This document shows, piece after piece, positions 6,321 to 15,745 of a stretch of 64,000 nucleotides of DNA. The first letter of the stretch is position 1. Each line of letters begins with the position of its first letter. The position numbers and the translations under genes are program-made. Source of the DNA: a virus; the IMG/VR virus record IMGVR_UViG_3300050119_000104, positions 32,001-96,000 of that record; one strand, 5' to 3'. The notes beneath the pieces were generated by a model. The model made no database searches, was not told where the DNA came from, and was given only the letters and a program-made list of their open reading frames with translations.

Positions 6321-8734
6321 GTTTCCCGACAGTCTATCGATGGCGGTTCAATGGCACTGAATACGTTCCAATTATTCTCGACGCATTCGGGAACGAGATG
6401 GAGTGTATTTGGGCCCCGCAAGCCGGGTCGCAAGCTGCGTTTCTATCGGCTACCGAGCTTGAAGTCATATTTGTCGGGACGCGCGGTGGATGCGGCAAGT
6501 CGGATGCTTTGCTTTTTTCATATTTACAGCATGTCGGTCGCGGATGGGGCGGAGCCTGGAAAGGTATCATTCTGCGGCAGACGCATCCGATGTTGCGGGA
6601 ATTCATTGACCGGACGAAGCGTTGGATACCCCGGATTTGGCCCGGCTCCGAATACAACGAAGTAAAATATCGTTGGACGTTTCCTAGCGGGGAGACACTC
6701 TATCTATCGCATCTCTCCGAACCTGTTGATTTCCATGAGTACCAAGGCCAGGAGTTCACATTCATTGGATTTGAAGAACTTGTGACGTGGCCAAATTTGG
6801 ATTGCTACAAGCTCATGTTCTCTTGCTTGCGATCTCCGGTCCCTGGTATTCCTTTGATGATACGTTCGACGACCAACCCCTACGGACCCTCTCACAATCT
6901 CATCAAGAGCCGGTTCAATTTGCCAATCCCAAATGCGAAGTCCATGGCAAATCCAGACGGCGCGGTCATGGGGCCGCTCATCCCAGGCGAGGTCGATGAG
7001 AACGGTATTCAAGAACCGGATCGCCGTGTATTCCATGGACACATCCTGGAAAATAAACTCCTACTCAGGAGCAATCCAAGATATGTGGACAATCTGAAAG
7101 CCAGCGCCAAGAGCAAAGATTTGGAGCGGGCGTGGCTCGATGGTGATTGGGACATCACGGCAGGCGGCCTTCTCGATAACGTTTGGGCGAAGGCGAAGAA
7201 ATTTGCTGTTCTGGAAGGGCTGTCGCCGCAAACGATCCCAGATGATTGGACAATTTTCAGAGCTTATGATCACGGGTATTCAGCACCGTTCGTTGTCCAG
7301 TGGTACGCTTTGAGCAATGGCAACGATATTACCTTGGTAAATGGTAAGGTAAGATCGACTCGACGGGGCGATCTTTTTTTGGTCCGGGAATGGTATGGTT
7401 CGTCGGGCAAACCAAACGAAGGCATGGAAATTCTAGCGCCCGAAATTGCCAAGGGTATTGTCGCACGCGAGATCGAGTGGGGCTGGCAACCCCCCGCCGG
7501 GGGTAAAAGCCGTGTCAAATCAGGACCGGCGGATACCGGAATTTTTGACGATGTGAATGGAGTCCACATCTCGGCGGACTTTGAAAAACCCGTTCACTTG
7601 AACAGCCGCAAATATCGAGGGATCATATGGGAGCACGCGGATAAAGGAAAAAATTCTCGCGCGCTGGGTTGGGATCAGTTGCGGGAACGTTTGGACGCTA
7701 CGGTGCCGCTTGAAGGCGTTGGTCGCGAGCGGCCGGGGCTTTTCGTTTCATCTGAATGCCACGCATGGCTGCGGACAGTCCCGGTCTTGCCGCGCGACGA
7801 AGCGCAGGTGGACGACTGTCCAAAGAATTGTGAGGACCATTGTTTTGTTGCCGGGACTATGGTGGATACAGAAGAGGGCTCTATTGCAATCGAGAAGTTA
7901 CCTGTATCGGGGCGGCTACATTCATTAGACCGTATTGAGCCATACTGTAACCCCCGACTAATTCAGCGAGAAGCACACGTTGTGCGATTGACGTTTAATG
8001 ATGGACGGACTGTGGAATGCACACCGGATCATAAATTCCTTGTAGATTTAGATGAATGGTGGTACGCAAAAGACTTACTCGGAAAGGAAGTCCTGTGCAG
8101 CCGATCATTATCAGCCAAACGATCCAGGAATTTGAAGGAGTCCGCTACTACCTCTGCGGCAAATACTTTCAGCACAAAGGCAGTCGCCTCCATATTCGCG
8201 TGTGGGAGTATCACAAGGGACCTATACCAGCGGGCCACCACATTCACCACAAACATACTCGCGCCCAAAATGGACCAAATGATCTGGAATGCCTCACCGC
8301 TGTTGAGCATGGCAGGGATCGGCATGGGGCGGAGTCTGGAGAAAGAGGGCGGCAATATCTCCCACTTGCTCAGGCCGCTGCCGCAGCTTGGCACAGAACC
8401 GACGAGGGCCGTCAATGGCACTCGGAGCATTCTAAAAAGTTCATGCGGGAGCGTGTTGCAGATTGCGTATCGCTTAATTGCCAGCATTGCGGAGCGACCT
8501 TTTCCACGCCTCGATACGCCAGTGGTTTTGCAAAATTTTGCCACCCGAATTGTAAAGCGCGTGCGTTGCGTCGGCGTCGAAAACTTGCAAGAGCGACGTG
8601 ACGTATATTGCTTGACTGTTCCGACCAATCACACATTTTCGATTGAGGGCGGCATCCTCGTCGCGAATTGTGGGGATTGTTGCAGATATGCCTTGCGGTT
8701 CGAATATCAGCCAATGGTCAGCCGTCGAATTTGA
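6317..8734 (+). CDS. terL: terminase large subunit containing an intein
   Basis: PQAGSQ..GTRGGCGKS Walker A, FIGFEEL Walker B, RAYDHG nuclease motif; EDH|CGDCCRY is reformed after intein removal. Confidence 0.95.
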   Translation: MSFPTVYRWRFNGTEYVPIILDAFGNEMECIWAPQAGSQAAFLSATELEVIFVGTRGGCGKSDALLFSYLQHVGRGWGGAWKGIILRQTHPMLREFIDRTKRWIPRIWPGSEYNEVKYRWTFPSGETLYLSHLSEPVDFHEYQGQEFTFIGFEELVTWPNLDCYKLMFSCLRSPVPGIPLMIRSTTNPYGPSHNLIKSRFNLPIPNAKSMANPDGAVMGPLIPGEVDENGIQEPDRRVFHGHILENKLLLRSNPRYVDNLKASAKSKDLERAWLDGDWDITAGGLLDNVWAKAKKFAVLEGLSPQTIPDDWTIFRAYDHGYSAPFVVQWYALSNGNDITLVNGKVRSTRRGDLFLVREWYGSSGKPNEGMEILAPEIAKGIVAREIEWGWQPPAGGKSRVKSGPADTGIFDDVNGVHISADFEKPVHLNSRKYRGIIWEHADKGKNSRALGWDQLRERLDATVPLEGVGRERPGLFVSSECHAWLRTVPVLPRDEAQVDDCPKNCEDHCFVAGTMVDTEEGSIAIEKLPVSGRLHSLDRIEPYCNPRLIQREAHVVRLTFNDGRTVECTPDHKFLVDLDEWWYAKDLLGKEVLCSRSLSAKRSRNLKESATTSAANTFSTKAVASIFACGSITRDLYQRATTFTTNILAPKMDQMIWNASPLLSMAGIGMGRSLEKEGGNISHLLRPLPQLGTEPTRAVNGTRSILKSSCGSVLQIAYRLIASIAERPFPRLDTPVVLQNFATRIVKRVRCVGVENLQERRDVYCLTVPTNHTFSIEGGILVANCGDCCRYALRFEYQPMVSRRI
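7841..8668 (+). mobile_element. intein (276 aa) in TerL
   Basis: Starts CFVAGTMV, block B ECTPDHKF, ends VYCLTVPTNHTFSIEGGILVAN followed by Cys +1. Confidence 0.9.
8056..8601 (+). CDS. HNH homing endonuclease in an alternate frame inside the intein
   Basis: RLHIRVWEYHKGPIPAGHHIHHK...NGPNDLECLTAVEH..RH plus C-terminal CxxC..FCHPNC zinc ribbon. Confidence 0.85.
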   Translation: MVVRKRLTRKGSPVQPIIISQTIQEFEGVRYYLCGKYFQHKGSRLHIRVWEYHKGPIPAGHHIHHKHTRAQNGPNDLECLTAVEHGRDRHGAESGERGRQYLPLAQAAAAAWHRTDEGRQWHSEHSKKFMRERVADCVSLNCQHCGATFSTPRYASGFAKFCHPNCKARALRRRRKLARAT

Positions 8735-8788
8735 ACCTGTTGCGGCTGAGGCATAGATGTGGTTAATAGCCGTTTTTGGGGAACCGCC

Positions 8789-9010
8789 ATGGGCGAGAGA
8801 ATTCACACAATTCGAATTGGCGAGGACGGCTATCCGGAGCCTGCACAAGCAAGGATGAACTACGGACCTAAGCGTAGTGCGTCCGAGCGGTATGATAGTG
8901 AAAATATAGGAACTGGCCCTAATCCAGAAAAGCAAAGTGGCGGAGTTGAAGCCGTCTCGTGGAATGGGGTGCTCAGCGGCGAAGGTCGCCGAGGCTTCAA
9001 ACAAAGCTAA
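8789..9010 (+). CDS. hypothetical protein
   Basis: ORF after the promoter at 8740. Confidence 0.5.
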   Translation: MGERIHTIRIGEDGYPEPAQARMNYGPKRSASERYDSENIGTGPNPEKQSGGVEAVSWNGVLSGEGRRGFKQS

Positions 9011-9085
9011 AGAGGGCGGTGTCGATGGCGTATTCGCCTAAAATCAACAGGGAAGGTACCATCTTGCGAGTAGGCGTGTTGCTAA

Positions 9086-9253
9086 TCCAGAAAGAATGCT
9101 CCTGATACCGCGACTCTTGATCGTATAAAGAACGAACTTGGATATGTTATCGGGAATGTTTTTATTGTGAGTGCCCGAGCGAACGTGTTGAAGCGAGACG
9201 CGACGCCGGATGAACTTCGGAAGCTCGCAGACTTCTATGATAGGAGGCTCTAG
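9086..9253 (+). pseudogene. C-terminal remnant of an HNH endonuclease
   Basis: TATLDRIKNELGYVIGNVFIVSARANVLKRDAT.DEL; in-frame stop at 9083 and no start codon. Confidence 0.6.
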
Positions 9254-10872
9254 TGGGAATAGATGATAAGCACCCCGATTTCATTTCTCAGCTAGGGAAT
9301 TGGATACAGCTTCATGATGTCTATGAAGGGGAAAAAGAAATCAAGAGAAAAAGATTGGATTACCTCCCAGCTACCGAAGCTATGTTACAAGATGGAATGA
9401 CTACACCGAGTGCACCCGGCTGGAAGGACTACGAAGGCTATCTCACACGCGCATATTTCCACGATCATTTCCGCGACGCTGTTAAAGCGATGGTGGGAAT
9501 GCTCCACATGAAACCCGCCGTTATCAAGTTGCCGCCGAAGCTTGCCCCGATGGTGGATAAAGCCACCATTCAAGGTGAGGGGCTGCAAATGCTCATGCGT
9601 CGCATCAATGAGGCACAACTTGTTTATGGGCGTTGCGGTTTGTTGGTGGACGCACCGACCGGCGCTGACCCCTATACGGCGCTACCATATCTCTCGTTCT
9701 ATGATCCCCAGCGGATCATCAATTGGGATGCTGGGCGTGAGGACGAGGGCCGCAATCAGCTTGAACTTGTCGTGCTCGACGAGAGCGGTTTTCAGCGCGA
9801 GGGTTTCACCTGGGTGTCAGAAAGGAAGCATAGAATTCTGACACGGGGTATCCCTGAGTCACTCGAAAGTGGTTGGACGCGGCCGAGCCCCGAGGACAAT
9901 TTCTCGGTCTGCGTAAAAGTCAACGATATGTCGATGCCGATCCCGAGCGATTTTATTTTCCCGCAGATCGCTGGCCGACAGCTTAATGAAGTCCCGTTCG
10001 TTTTTATCGGCTGCAACGATCTCGTGCCGCAACCAGACATGCCACCGTTGCTTGGGCTCAGCAACTTGTGTCTCACGATCTACCGGGCCGAAGCGGATTA
10101 CCGGCAGACACTTTTCATGCAGGGCCAGAATACTCTCGTCGTCGTCGGCCCCGCTGGCGATACGGATACGCAATTGCGTGTTGGGGCCAAGGGCCTCATC
10201 TGGTTGAAAATAGGTAGCAGCGCGGAGTACATCGGTGTATCTGCTACGGGCTTGGGCGAGATGCGGCAATCACTCAAGACCGACATGGACGCCGCCGCCG
10301 CCGCAGGTGTCGCGTTCATGGACGTAGGCAATGCCCGTGGTGAGTCAGGCGAAGCGCTGCGCATTCGTGTCGCCGCGCGCACGACCACGATCTCGGCAGT
10401 CGCGCAATCGGCTGGTGCGGGATTGGAGCAAGCGCTCAAACTGTGCGCTACATGGGTCGGCGAGGACCCGGATGAAGTATCAGTTACGCCGCAGACAGAT
10501 TTTGCGGATCAGAATGTCGCTGGTGCCGCGCTGCTTGCCTTCATGCAAGCCAAGCAGCTTGGTCTCCCATTATCGCTCAAGTCAATGCATCGCATGATGC
10601 AATTGAACGACATGACCGAGATGACCTTCGATGAGGAAAATGACCAAATCGAGGAAGAGGCTGAGACTACAATCGGCTCGATGGTCATGGGCGCGAACGT
10701 AGGCGATACAGATAACTCGTATCTCGATACCGAGGCGGGCGGCAATAGCGATCCTATACCGCCAACGCCGACTGTGCCACCCGCCGGTAATCAACCCGTC
10801 CCGGTCACACCTCATCGGCGCGGCTCGCCTGTGCCCTTAAAGCGCAAGCTTGGCAAAGGGTCTAGTACCTGA
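9253..10872 (+). CDS. portal protein (DUF4055-type)
   Basis: HPDF..W.....YEGE..IK....YLP..Y..YLTRAYF; ESGEAL motif; follows TerL. Confidence 0.9.
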   Translation: MGIDDKHPDFISQLGNWIQLHDVYEGEKEIKRKRLDYLPATEAMLQDGMTTPSAPGWKDYEGYLTRAYFHDHFRDAVKAMVGMLHMKPAVIKLPPKLAPMVDKATIQGEGLQMLMRRINEAQLVYGRCGLLVDAPTGADPYTALPYLSFYDPQRIINWDAGREDEGRNQLELVVLDESGFQREGFTWVSERKHRILTRGIPESLESGWTRPSPEDNFSVCVKVNDMSMPIPSDFIFPQIAGRQLNEVPFVFIGCNDLVPQPDMPPLLGLSNLCLTIYRAEADYRQTLFMQGQNTLVVVGPAGDTDTQLRVGAKGLIWLKIGSSAEYIGVSATGLGEMRQSLKTDMDAAAAAGVAFMDVGNARGESGEALRIRVAARTTTISAVAQSAGAGLEQALKLCATWVGEDPDEVSVTPQTDFADQNVAGAALLAFMQAKQLGLPLSLKSMHRMMQLNDMTEMTFDEENDQIEEEAETTIGSMVMGANVGDTDNSYLDTEAGGNSDPIPPTPTVPPAGNQPVPVTPHRRGSPVPLKRKLGKGSST

Positions 10873-10874
10873 TA

Positions 10875-10909
10875 CGGAGGGCCGCATGACCCAAGATAAA
10901 GGGGCTGTG
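10875..10909 (+). repeat. copy of the sequence 3' of the tnpB scaffold at 61248-61282 (-)
   Basis: CGGAGGGCCGCATGACCCAAGATAAAG is identical over 27 nt; 33/35 over 10875-10909. Confidence 0.95.
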
Positions 10910-10929
10910 TATCCCGGAAAGTAAGTCAC

Positions 10930-13695
10930 ATGCCCTTTGACGAAAGCCAGCATCCGCGTGGTGAGCACGGCCGGTGGGCAGTCAGCGCGGGCGGCACTGT
11001 CGAGCCGCTCGTCGATCCGCGCGTGCTCGATGTCGGCGGCGATCAATGGAACAAGGATACTGCGGCCCGACTCGAAAACGAGTATGAGGCAGCGCGTCCG
11101 GCACTGAACGCTCTTGTCGAGACGGCGGCCAAAGCACCGTCGCCTTCGGATGATGCCGAAGTAAGCGCCGCAGTAAAAGCAAACACTACAGCTAATTTTC
11201 ACGACTTAGAAAATAGCTTGTCCGATACTGAGTCGGCTGCGCTTATCAGCAAGTATGGCTCAATTCAAGCGGCATCCACAGCATTGTACGGTAAAGATGC
11301 GCCTGGTTTCAAAGGTACGGACGAACCCGAGGACGAGGAGAGTCCGGAGTCCTGGGATGAGATGAATAACGATCTACAAGAACAGGCAGGGGATAAATAC
11401 AAAGAGTCAAACTATGAACAAGCCCTAGAAAGCGAGCAAAATAACTGGTCAGAAAATGGCGCGCCTGCGGAGGCAGCAGCCAAGGTCGCAGAAGATGACG
11501 ACTGGAAAGCGGAATTCTTGACAGATTATCTCGCGCAGCGGATCGAGGACGGCGAGCCCGCCATCCCTTACACCGCACAAGAATTGCTCGACTCAATCAC
11601 ATTGAATTTCGATCATGACTCAGCCTCTGGCTCGGGCTATGGTTCAAAAAGTCTAGCCGAAAAATATCTGGAAGTCGGATTTGACGACAGTCAATTGCAG
11701 CACCCTCACAACAATTTCAATCCCGATCAAATGACGCTTCCTGGTATTGAAGAGGTGAAACCAGAAAGCTCGCTCACTGAGGATATGCGCAAAGACATCA
11801 CCGAAGCCATCACTGACGCATTCATAGAAAAAACAGATAAAGAGACAAGCAATATGGAGGCTCCCGATTATCTTTCGGAAAGCGCTAATGACCTGGTAGC
11901 TGAAGATTGGGACCAAATGGGCGACAAGGATAAGTTTCAATGGGTCAAAAATAATACTGATCTCGTGGATGATGAGAAGCCGGGGAAGCCTGAACCGAAG
12001 GACGAGGGGCCACTTTTAATACCCACGACCTGGAACCCGATGCAAGACAACGATAAGGGCGCAGGAAATTACACTCGCACGCAACGAATGGCGAAATATC
12101 TCGCCAATAACCGCGCCGTTCAAGTCATGGCGCAGCGTGGCGTACAGACTCTAAATCAAAGGGGCGATCCGGTTCTCACACATGCGGCGGTGCCGGGGAC
12201 TGATACCAAGTATAGTGAGGAAGCACATCCTCTTACCCCGACGCTTGAGGCTATTGAGCAATCAGATGAACGATTATGGTCCGGCTGGAAGGGAAGCTCT
12301 ACCGGAGCGGAGGGGCGGCTCCTACAGGTTGCATCGGCTGACGAGCTTGGCGGCCGACTCAGGGAAGCGATAAAAAATCCTGATATGGCGGTGGAGTATA
12401 GCGCATTTGCGAAAAGCGATATCGCAAAAACAGGTACCTTAGAGGAATTTTCAGCGGGACTAAAGGCAAGCAGCAATCCAGTCGAGATGGCAAAGGCGGC
12501 AAAATCTGATCCTGATACATCATTCGAACAAAAACAAAAAGCTCAGGAAATTATAGAGAACCCCCCTACTTGGAAGCAGCCGCCGCTCGGCGAAAAGGTT
12601 ACGTTATTCAGTGGGACTGAAATATCGCTGGATAGTAACCCCATGTTGCATGCTTTAGGCAGCAAATTAAAACTTCACGACGGCACGGAAATTCAGAAGC
12701 AGCCAGACGGCAAATGGAAAGCAACAACAGGTCCACAACCGAGTACGTTGCCGACTCAGGGTAATCCGGCGAAGCTGAAAAGTGAAACCGTATCTCGATA
12801 CCCCGCAGTAGGCGCGAGTGGTGCGGGCGCTCCCAGCTATCAGAGACTTCCTGAAATGAACGTCGTGCGTAACGGAGCTACTTCAACTACCACTGATCTA
12901 GGTGTCGCAAACGGTTGGGGCGGTACGGCGAACAATGCATCCAACGGTATCAGCCGGGACGAAGCTATCGAATACGCCAACATGAACTTTGCCAGCATTG
13001 GCGGCTACGAGGGTGTCAAAGCAGCGGTCCGGGCGAAATGGGAAACTACACAATACATGCTCGATAAGGCCGACACACCGATTGTCCAGGTCTATCGCGG
13101 CATGAGCTACCCGCACACGCGTTCAGAAGATGTGATACCTGCCGGAGCCGCAGGTAAAAAATTGGCTGCTGCGGATTTAGAAACTGGGGTTTCTTTTATA
13201 AAAGCGCAACCTAAAATGGAAGTCTCCACGCTTCTGGATAAATCAGGAGAGCCACAACAAAAAGCTCTCATCGCTGAATATGGAAGCCTCTACAACGCAA
13301 TTGGTGCTATTCATGGTCACGATGCCAACGCGATCAAACTACACGACGTGATCCAAAAAGTGCAGGCGGTTCCTACACCTCATGAAGCCGTATCGTATTT
13401 GAGTGGGACGGAAATGGAAGCCCTTACAAAACAGTATGGCTCTTTTGCCAAAGCGTGGGTGGAGATACATCCCGCAGAAGAAACTCCGACTCGCGGGCGC
13501 GTTGTGCTACGCGCTGAGGTACCGCGCACGGCCGTCCTGTCAGTTCCAGCCTACGGCGTAAATGTCCATAGCGAGCACGAAGTTGTTGTCACTGGCACAT
13601 CCTGGCGTGGCTGGGATGCATGGTCTGACAAGGCACCGTCGTTTGAGGATGTACCAATGGGTACGAAGACGTCTCCACCAAGGGGCCGCTTATAG
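10930..13695 (+). CDS. 921-aa head-region protein; N-terminal FDExxHPR motif, possible C-terminal ADP-ribosyltransferase-like fold
   Basis: MPFDESQHPRGEHGRW; STTT..VANGW, VYRG, VLRAEVP..SEHEVVV motifs. Confidence 0.55.
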   Translation: MPFDESQHPRGEHGRWAVSAGGTVEPLVDPRVLDVGGDQWNKDTAARLENEYEAARPALNALVETAAKAPSPSDDAEVSAAVKANTTANFHDLENSLSDTESAALISKYGSIQAASTALYGKDAPGFKGTDEPEDEESPESWDEMNNDLQEQAGDKYKESNYEQALESEQNNWSENGAPAEAAAKVAEDDDWKAEFLTDYLAQRIEDGEPAIPYTAQELLDSITLNFDHDSASGSGYGSKSLAEKYLEVGFDDSQLQHPHNNFNPDQMTLPGIEEVKPESSLTEDMRKDITEAITDAFIEKTDKETSNMEAPDYLSESANDLVAEDWDQMGDKDKFQWVKNNTDLVDDEKPGKPEPKDEGPLLIPTTWNPMQDNDKGAGNYTRTQRMAKYLANNRAVQVMAQRGVQTLNQRGDPVLTHAAVPGTDTKYSEEAHPLTPTLEAIEQSDERLWSGWKGSSTGAEGRLLQVASADELGGRLREAIKNPDMAVEYSAFAKSDIAKTGTLEEFSAGLKASSNPVEMAKAAKSDPDTSFEQKQKAQEIIENPPTWKQPPLGEKVTLFSGTEISLDSNPMLHALGSKLKLHDGTEIQKQPDGKWKATTGPQPSTLPTQGNPAKLKSETVSRYPAVGASGAGAPSYQRLPEMNVVRNGATSTTTDLGVANGWGGTANNASNGISRDEAIEYANMNFASIGGYEGVKAAVRAKWETTQYMLDKADTPIVQVYRGMSYPHTRSEDVIPAGAAGKKLAAADLETGVSFIKAQPKMEVSTLLDKSGEPQQKALIAEYGSLYNAIGAIHGHDANAIKLHDVIQKVQAVPTPHEAVSYLSGTEMEALTKQYGSFAKAWVEIHPAEETPTRGRVVLRAEVPRTAVLSVPAYGVNVHSEHEVVVTGTSWRGWDAWSDKAPSFEDVPMGTKTSPPRGRL

Positions 13696-13747
13696 GGGAG
13701 ATTTCTTCTGCGGACTATGTTAAGCTGCAAAAAGAGGCATACCCGGT

Positions 13748-14185
13748 ATGATCGATGTAGATTTGAATGATCATAGTGGCGGACCGCATTGGCTCACAAA
13801 AGCAGGCGGTCATGACCACGCCAAAAATATCCGCGCCAAGCACCGCGCTGCGTGGGTAGCGAAGCATCCGCGCGTGCCTAATCCCGTGCGCCCGGAGACG
13901 ATGGCGAAGTTGGAAGCTGTCAGCGCCTATGCGCAGAAAGTTCACGCTGCCAAAGTCCTGGCTCGAATAACCAAAACCTGGAATACCGCGCTCGCGATCA
14001 TCGATAAATCAGAGCTTGTATTGCGCGACGTGATCGAGCGCGGGCTTTTGAATACCGCCGGACTTGATCATCAGCGCTACAATGATGCGATGCGGGTCGC
14101 TGACCGACTCATGAAAAAGATCACACGCATTCGGACCAAAGCCATCAAAGCTGCCTTCCGCCTTTTGCGGGATCAATCCTATTAA
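13748..14185 (+). CDS. hypothetical protein, possibly an N-terminal MuF/gp7-like fragment
   Basis: Helical C-terminal half resembles MuF N-termini; its stop lies at the IS boundary. Confidence 0.45.
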   Translation: MIDVDLNDHSGGPHWLTKAGGHDHAKNIRAKHRAAWVAKHPRVPNPVRPETMAKLEAVSAYAQKVHAAKVLARITKTWNTALAIIDKSELVLRDVIERGLLNTAGLDHQRYNDAMRVADRLMKKITRIRTKAIKAAFRLLRDQSY

Positions 14186-14198
14186 CGTCTTCCCCGGT

Positions 14199-15275
14199 CT
14201 AAAGGCCAGGGATTTCCACTACCGGAGGCGGACGTTCCCGCCCGACACGGAGAATGTTTAGCGCTGCGTTCACATCCCGATCGTGAGAAGTGCCGCAGTC
14301 TGAACAAACCCAATGTCTTATTTCAAGCGCGCCCATACCTTTCGGACTGCTGTCGGGAATACACCCGCAGCACGAGCACGTCTGAGAAGTCCATCGCTCG
14401 TCGGCTTCTACATACCGAGCCCCGTGCCTGCTGGCTTTGTAGCGGAGCTGATTGCGGAACGTCGTCCATCCTGCATCGAGTACGGATTTAGCCATCCGCG
14501 TCTTTACAAGTTTGGCGGCGCTCACATTGCCGACAACGATAAGCCGATTTTGGCGAACTATCGAAGTAGTCGCCTTGTGGTGTTGATCCTTTCGGACGTT
14601 CGCAATCTTTGCGTGGATGGCTTTGACGCGACACTTGTTGCCGGCGCGCTGTTGAACGGCGAGCGCGACCTCGTACTTGCGATAGTGCTGAAGCGCCGGA
14701 ACAGTGTTGCCATTGCTGCACGTCGCCAGCGTCCTCAATCCAAGGTCGATCCCTATCTCTCCGTTGCCGGTCGGCAGGTCATCGGTAACCTCACACTGGA
14801 AACAGACATACCAGCGCCCGCGAGCGTCCTGAGTAAAGCAGCCGGCCTTGATGTCGTCGGGAATATCCCGCGATTTCCAGAAGTGGAATTTCCGTTTGAG
14901 GTAGACGACATGTGCGCCTTCGAGACGTACAGCGCGCTTGATAAATGGCAGCCAACCGAGTGCGCGCTTCGACCCACCGCTGGCGCGAAAGCGCGGGGCG
15001 TGGCGGGCGGCGTTGCGCGAGATTACAAACTGCTTGCAAATCTGACTGACCGTATCGGAGTGCAGCCCAAGTTCCGCAGCACATCCAGTAGTCAGCTTGA
15101 CAAGATCGAAGTGCGACGGCCAACGACGCTTAGGCGCGCCGTCCCTGTAATTGGACATCGCCCTGCGCTGTATCTCGCAACAGTAATTCCACACGAAGTT
15201 GCACGCCCGCGAGTGCCGCCCGAGGTACTTACCGACCATTGCGTCTTTGATGCGGAACTTATATGTAAGGATCAT
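14199..15275 (-). CDS. tnpB: TnpB nuclease, RuvC-II-rearranged type
   Basis: GIDLG, IVVGNV (no Glu), DERWTSQTCSCCG, HDRDVNAALNI. Confidence 0.95.
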   Translation of the reverse strand: MILTYKFRIKDAMVGKYLGRHSRACNFVWNYCCEIQRRAMSNYRDGAPKRRWPSHFDLVKLTTGCAAELGLHSDTVSQICKQFVISRNAARHAPRFRASGGSKRALGWLPFIKRAVRLEGAHVVYLKRKFHFWKSRDIPDDIKAGCFTQDARGRWYVCFQCEVTDDLPTGNGEIGIDLGLRTLATCSNGNTVPALQHYRKYEVALAVQQRAGNKCRVKAIHAKIANVRKDQHHKATTSIVRQNRLIVVGNVSAAKLVKTRMAKSVLDAGWTTFRNQLRYKASRHGARYVEADERWTSQTCSCCGCIPDSSPKGMGALEIRHWVCSDCGTSHDRDVNAALNILRVGRERPPPVVEIPGL

Positions 15276-15304
15276 ACGCAGGAAGTATTGGTCGGTGGTC
15301 AAAA

Positions 15305-15715
15305 ATGCAAGGCTTCAGGCGCGAACGACATAGCGTTTCCCGGCTCACGGTCCACTTGGTCTGCGTCACGAAATACCGACGCAAAATCCTCGATGGCCGG
15401 GCGCTTGACTGGCTCAAGGCGCACTTTGCCAAGGTTTGCCAGACAATGGATTGTGTACTTCTCGCCTGCGACGGTGAGAACGACCATGTCCATTTGCTGG
15501 TCGAGTACCCACCGAAACACTCGATCTCTGTCTTGGTTAATGCCATCAAGGGTACGTCCAGCCGGCTACTGCGCGCCGAAAGGCCAGACGTCGCCAAGCG
15601 CTACTGGAAGGGTGTTCTGTGGTCCCCGGCCTATTTTGCCGCCTCGACCGGCGGAGCCACGCTTGAAACGGTTAAGCGGTACGTCGAACAGCAGCGCGCC
15701 TCCTCCTCGCCCTGA
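15305..15715 (+). CDS. tnpA: IS200/IS605 Y1 (HUH) transposase
   Basis: HLVCVTKYRR, DHVHLL HUH motif, LWSPAYF, VKRYVEQQ catalytic Tyr. Confidence 0.95.
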   Translation: MQGFRRERHSVSRLTVHLVCVTKYRRKILDGRALDWLKAHFAKVCQTMDCVLLACDGENDHVHLLVEYPPKHSISVLVNAIKGTSSRLLRAERPDVAKRYWKGVLWSPAYFAASTGGATLETVKRYVEQQRASSSP

Positions 15716-15745
15716 AGGGCAAGGTTTCCGGCTTGGAGATTTACG

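Larger units (their letters stand above)
14182..15740 (-). mobile_element. IS605-family element (divergent tnpA/tnpB); ends approximate
   Basis: Subterminal hairpins CCCCGGTCTAAAGGCCAGGG and GCCCTGAAGGGC; no TIR or TSD. Confidence 0.9.

Noticed and set aside
14199-15275. Calling the two IVVGNV TnpBs nuclease-dead (TldR-like)
   Set aside because: RuvC-I and RuvC-III Asp are intact and an alternative Glu (DERWTS) is present, as in known rearranged active enzymes. Activity cannot be decided from sequence.
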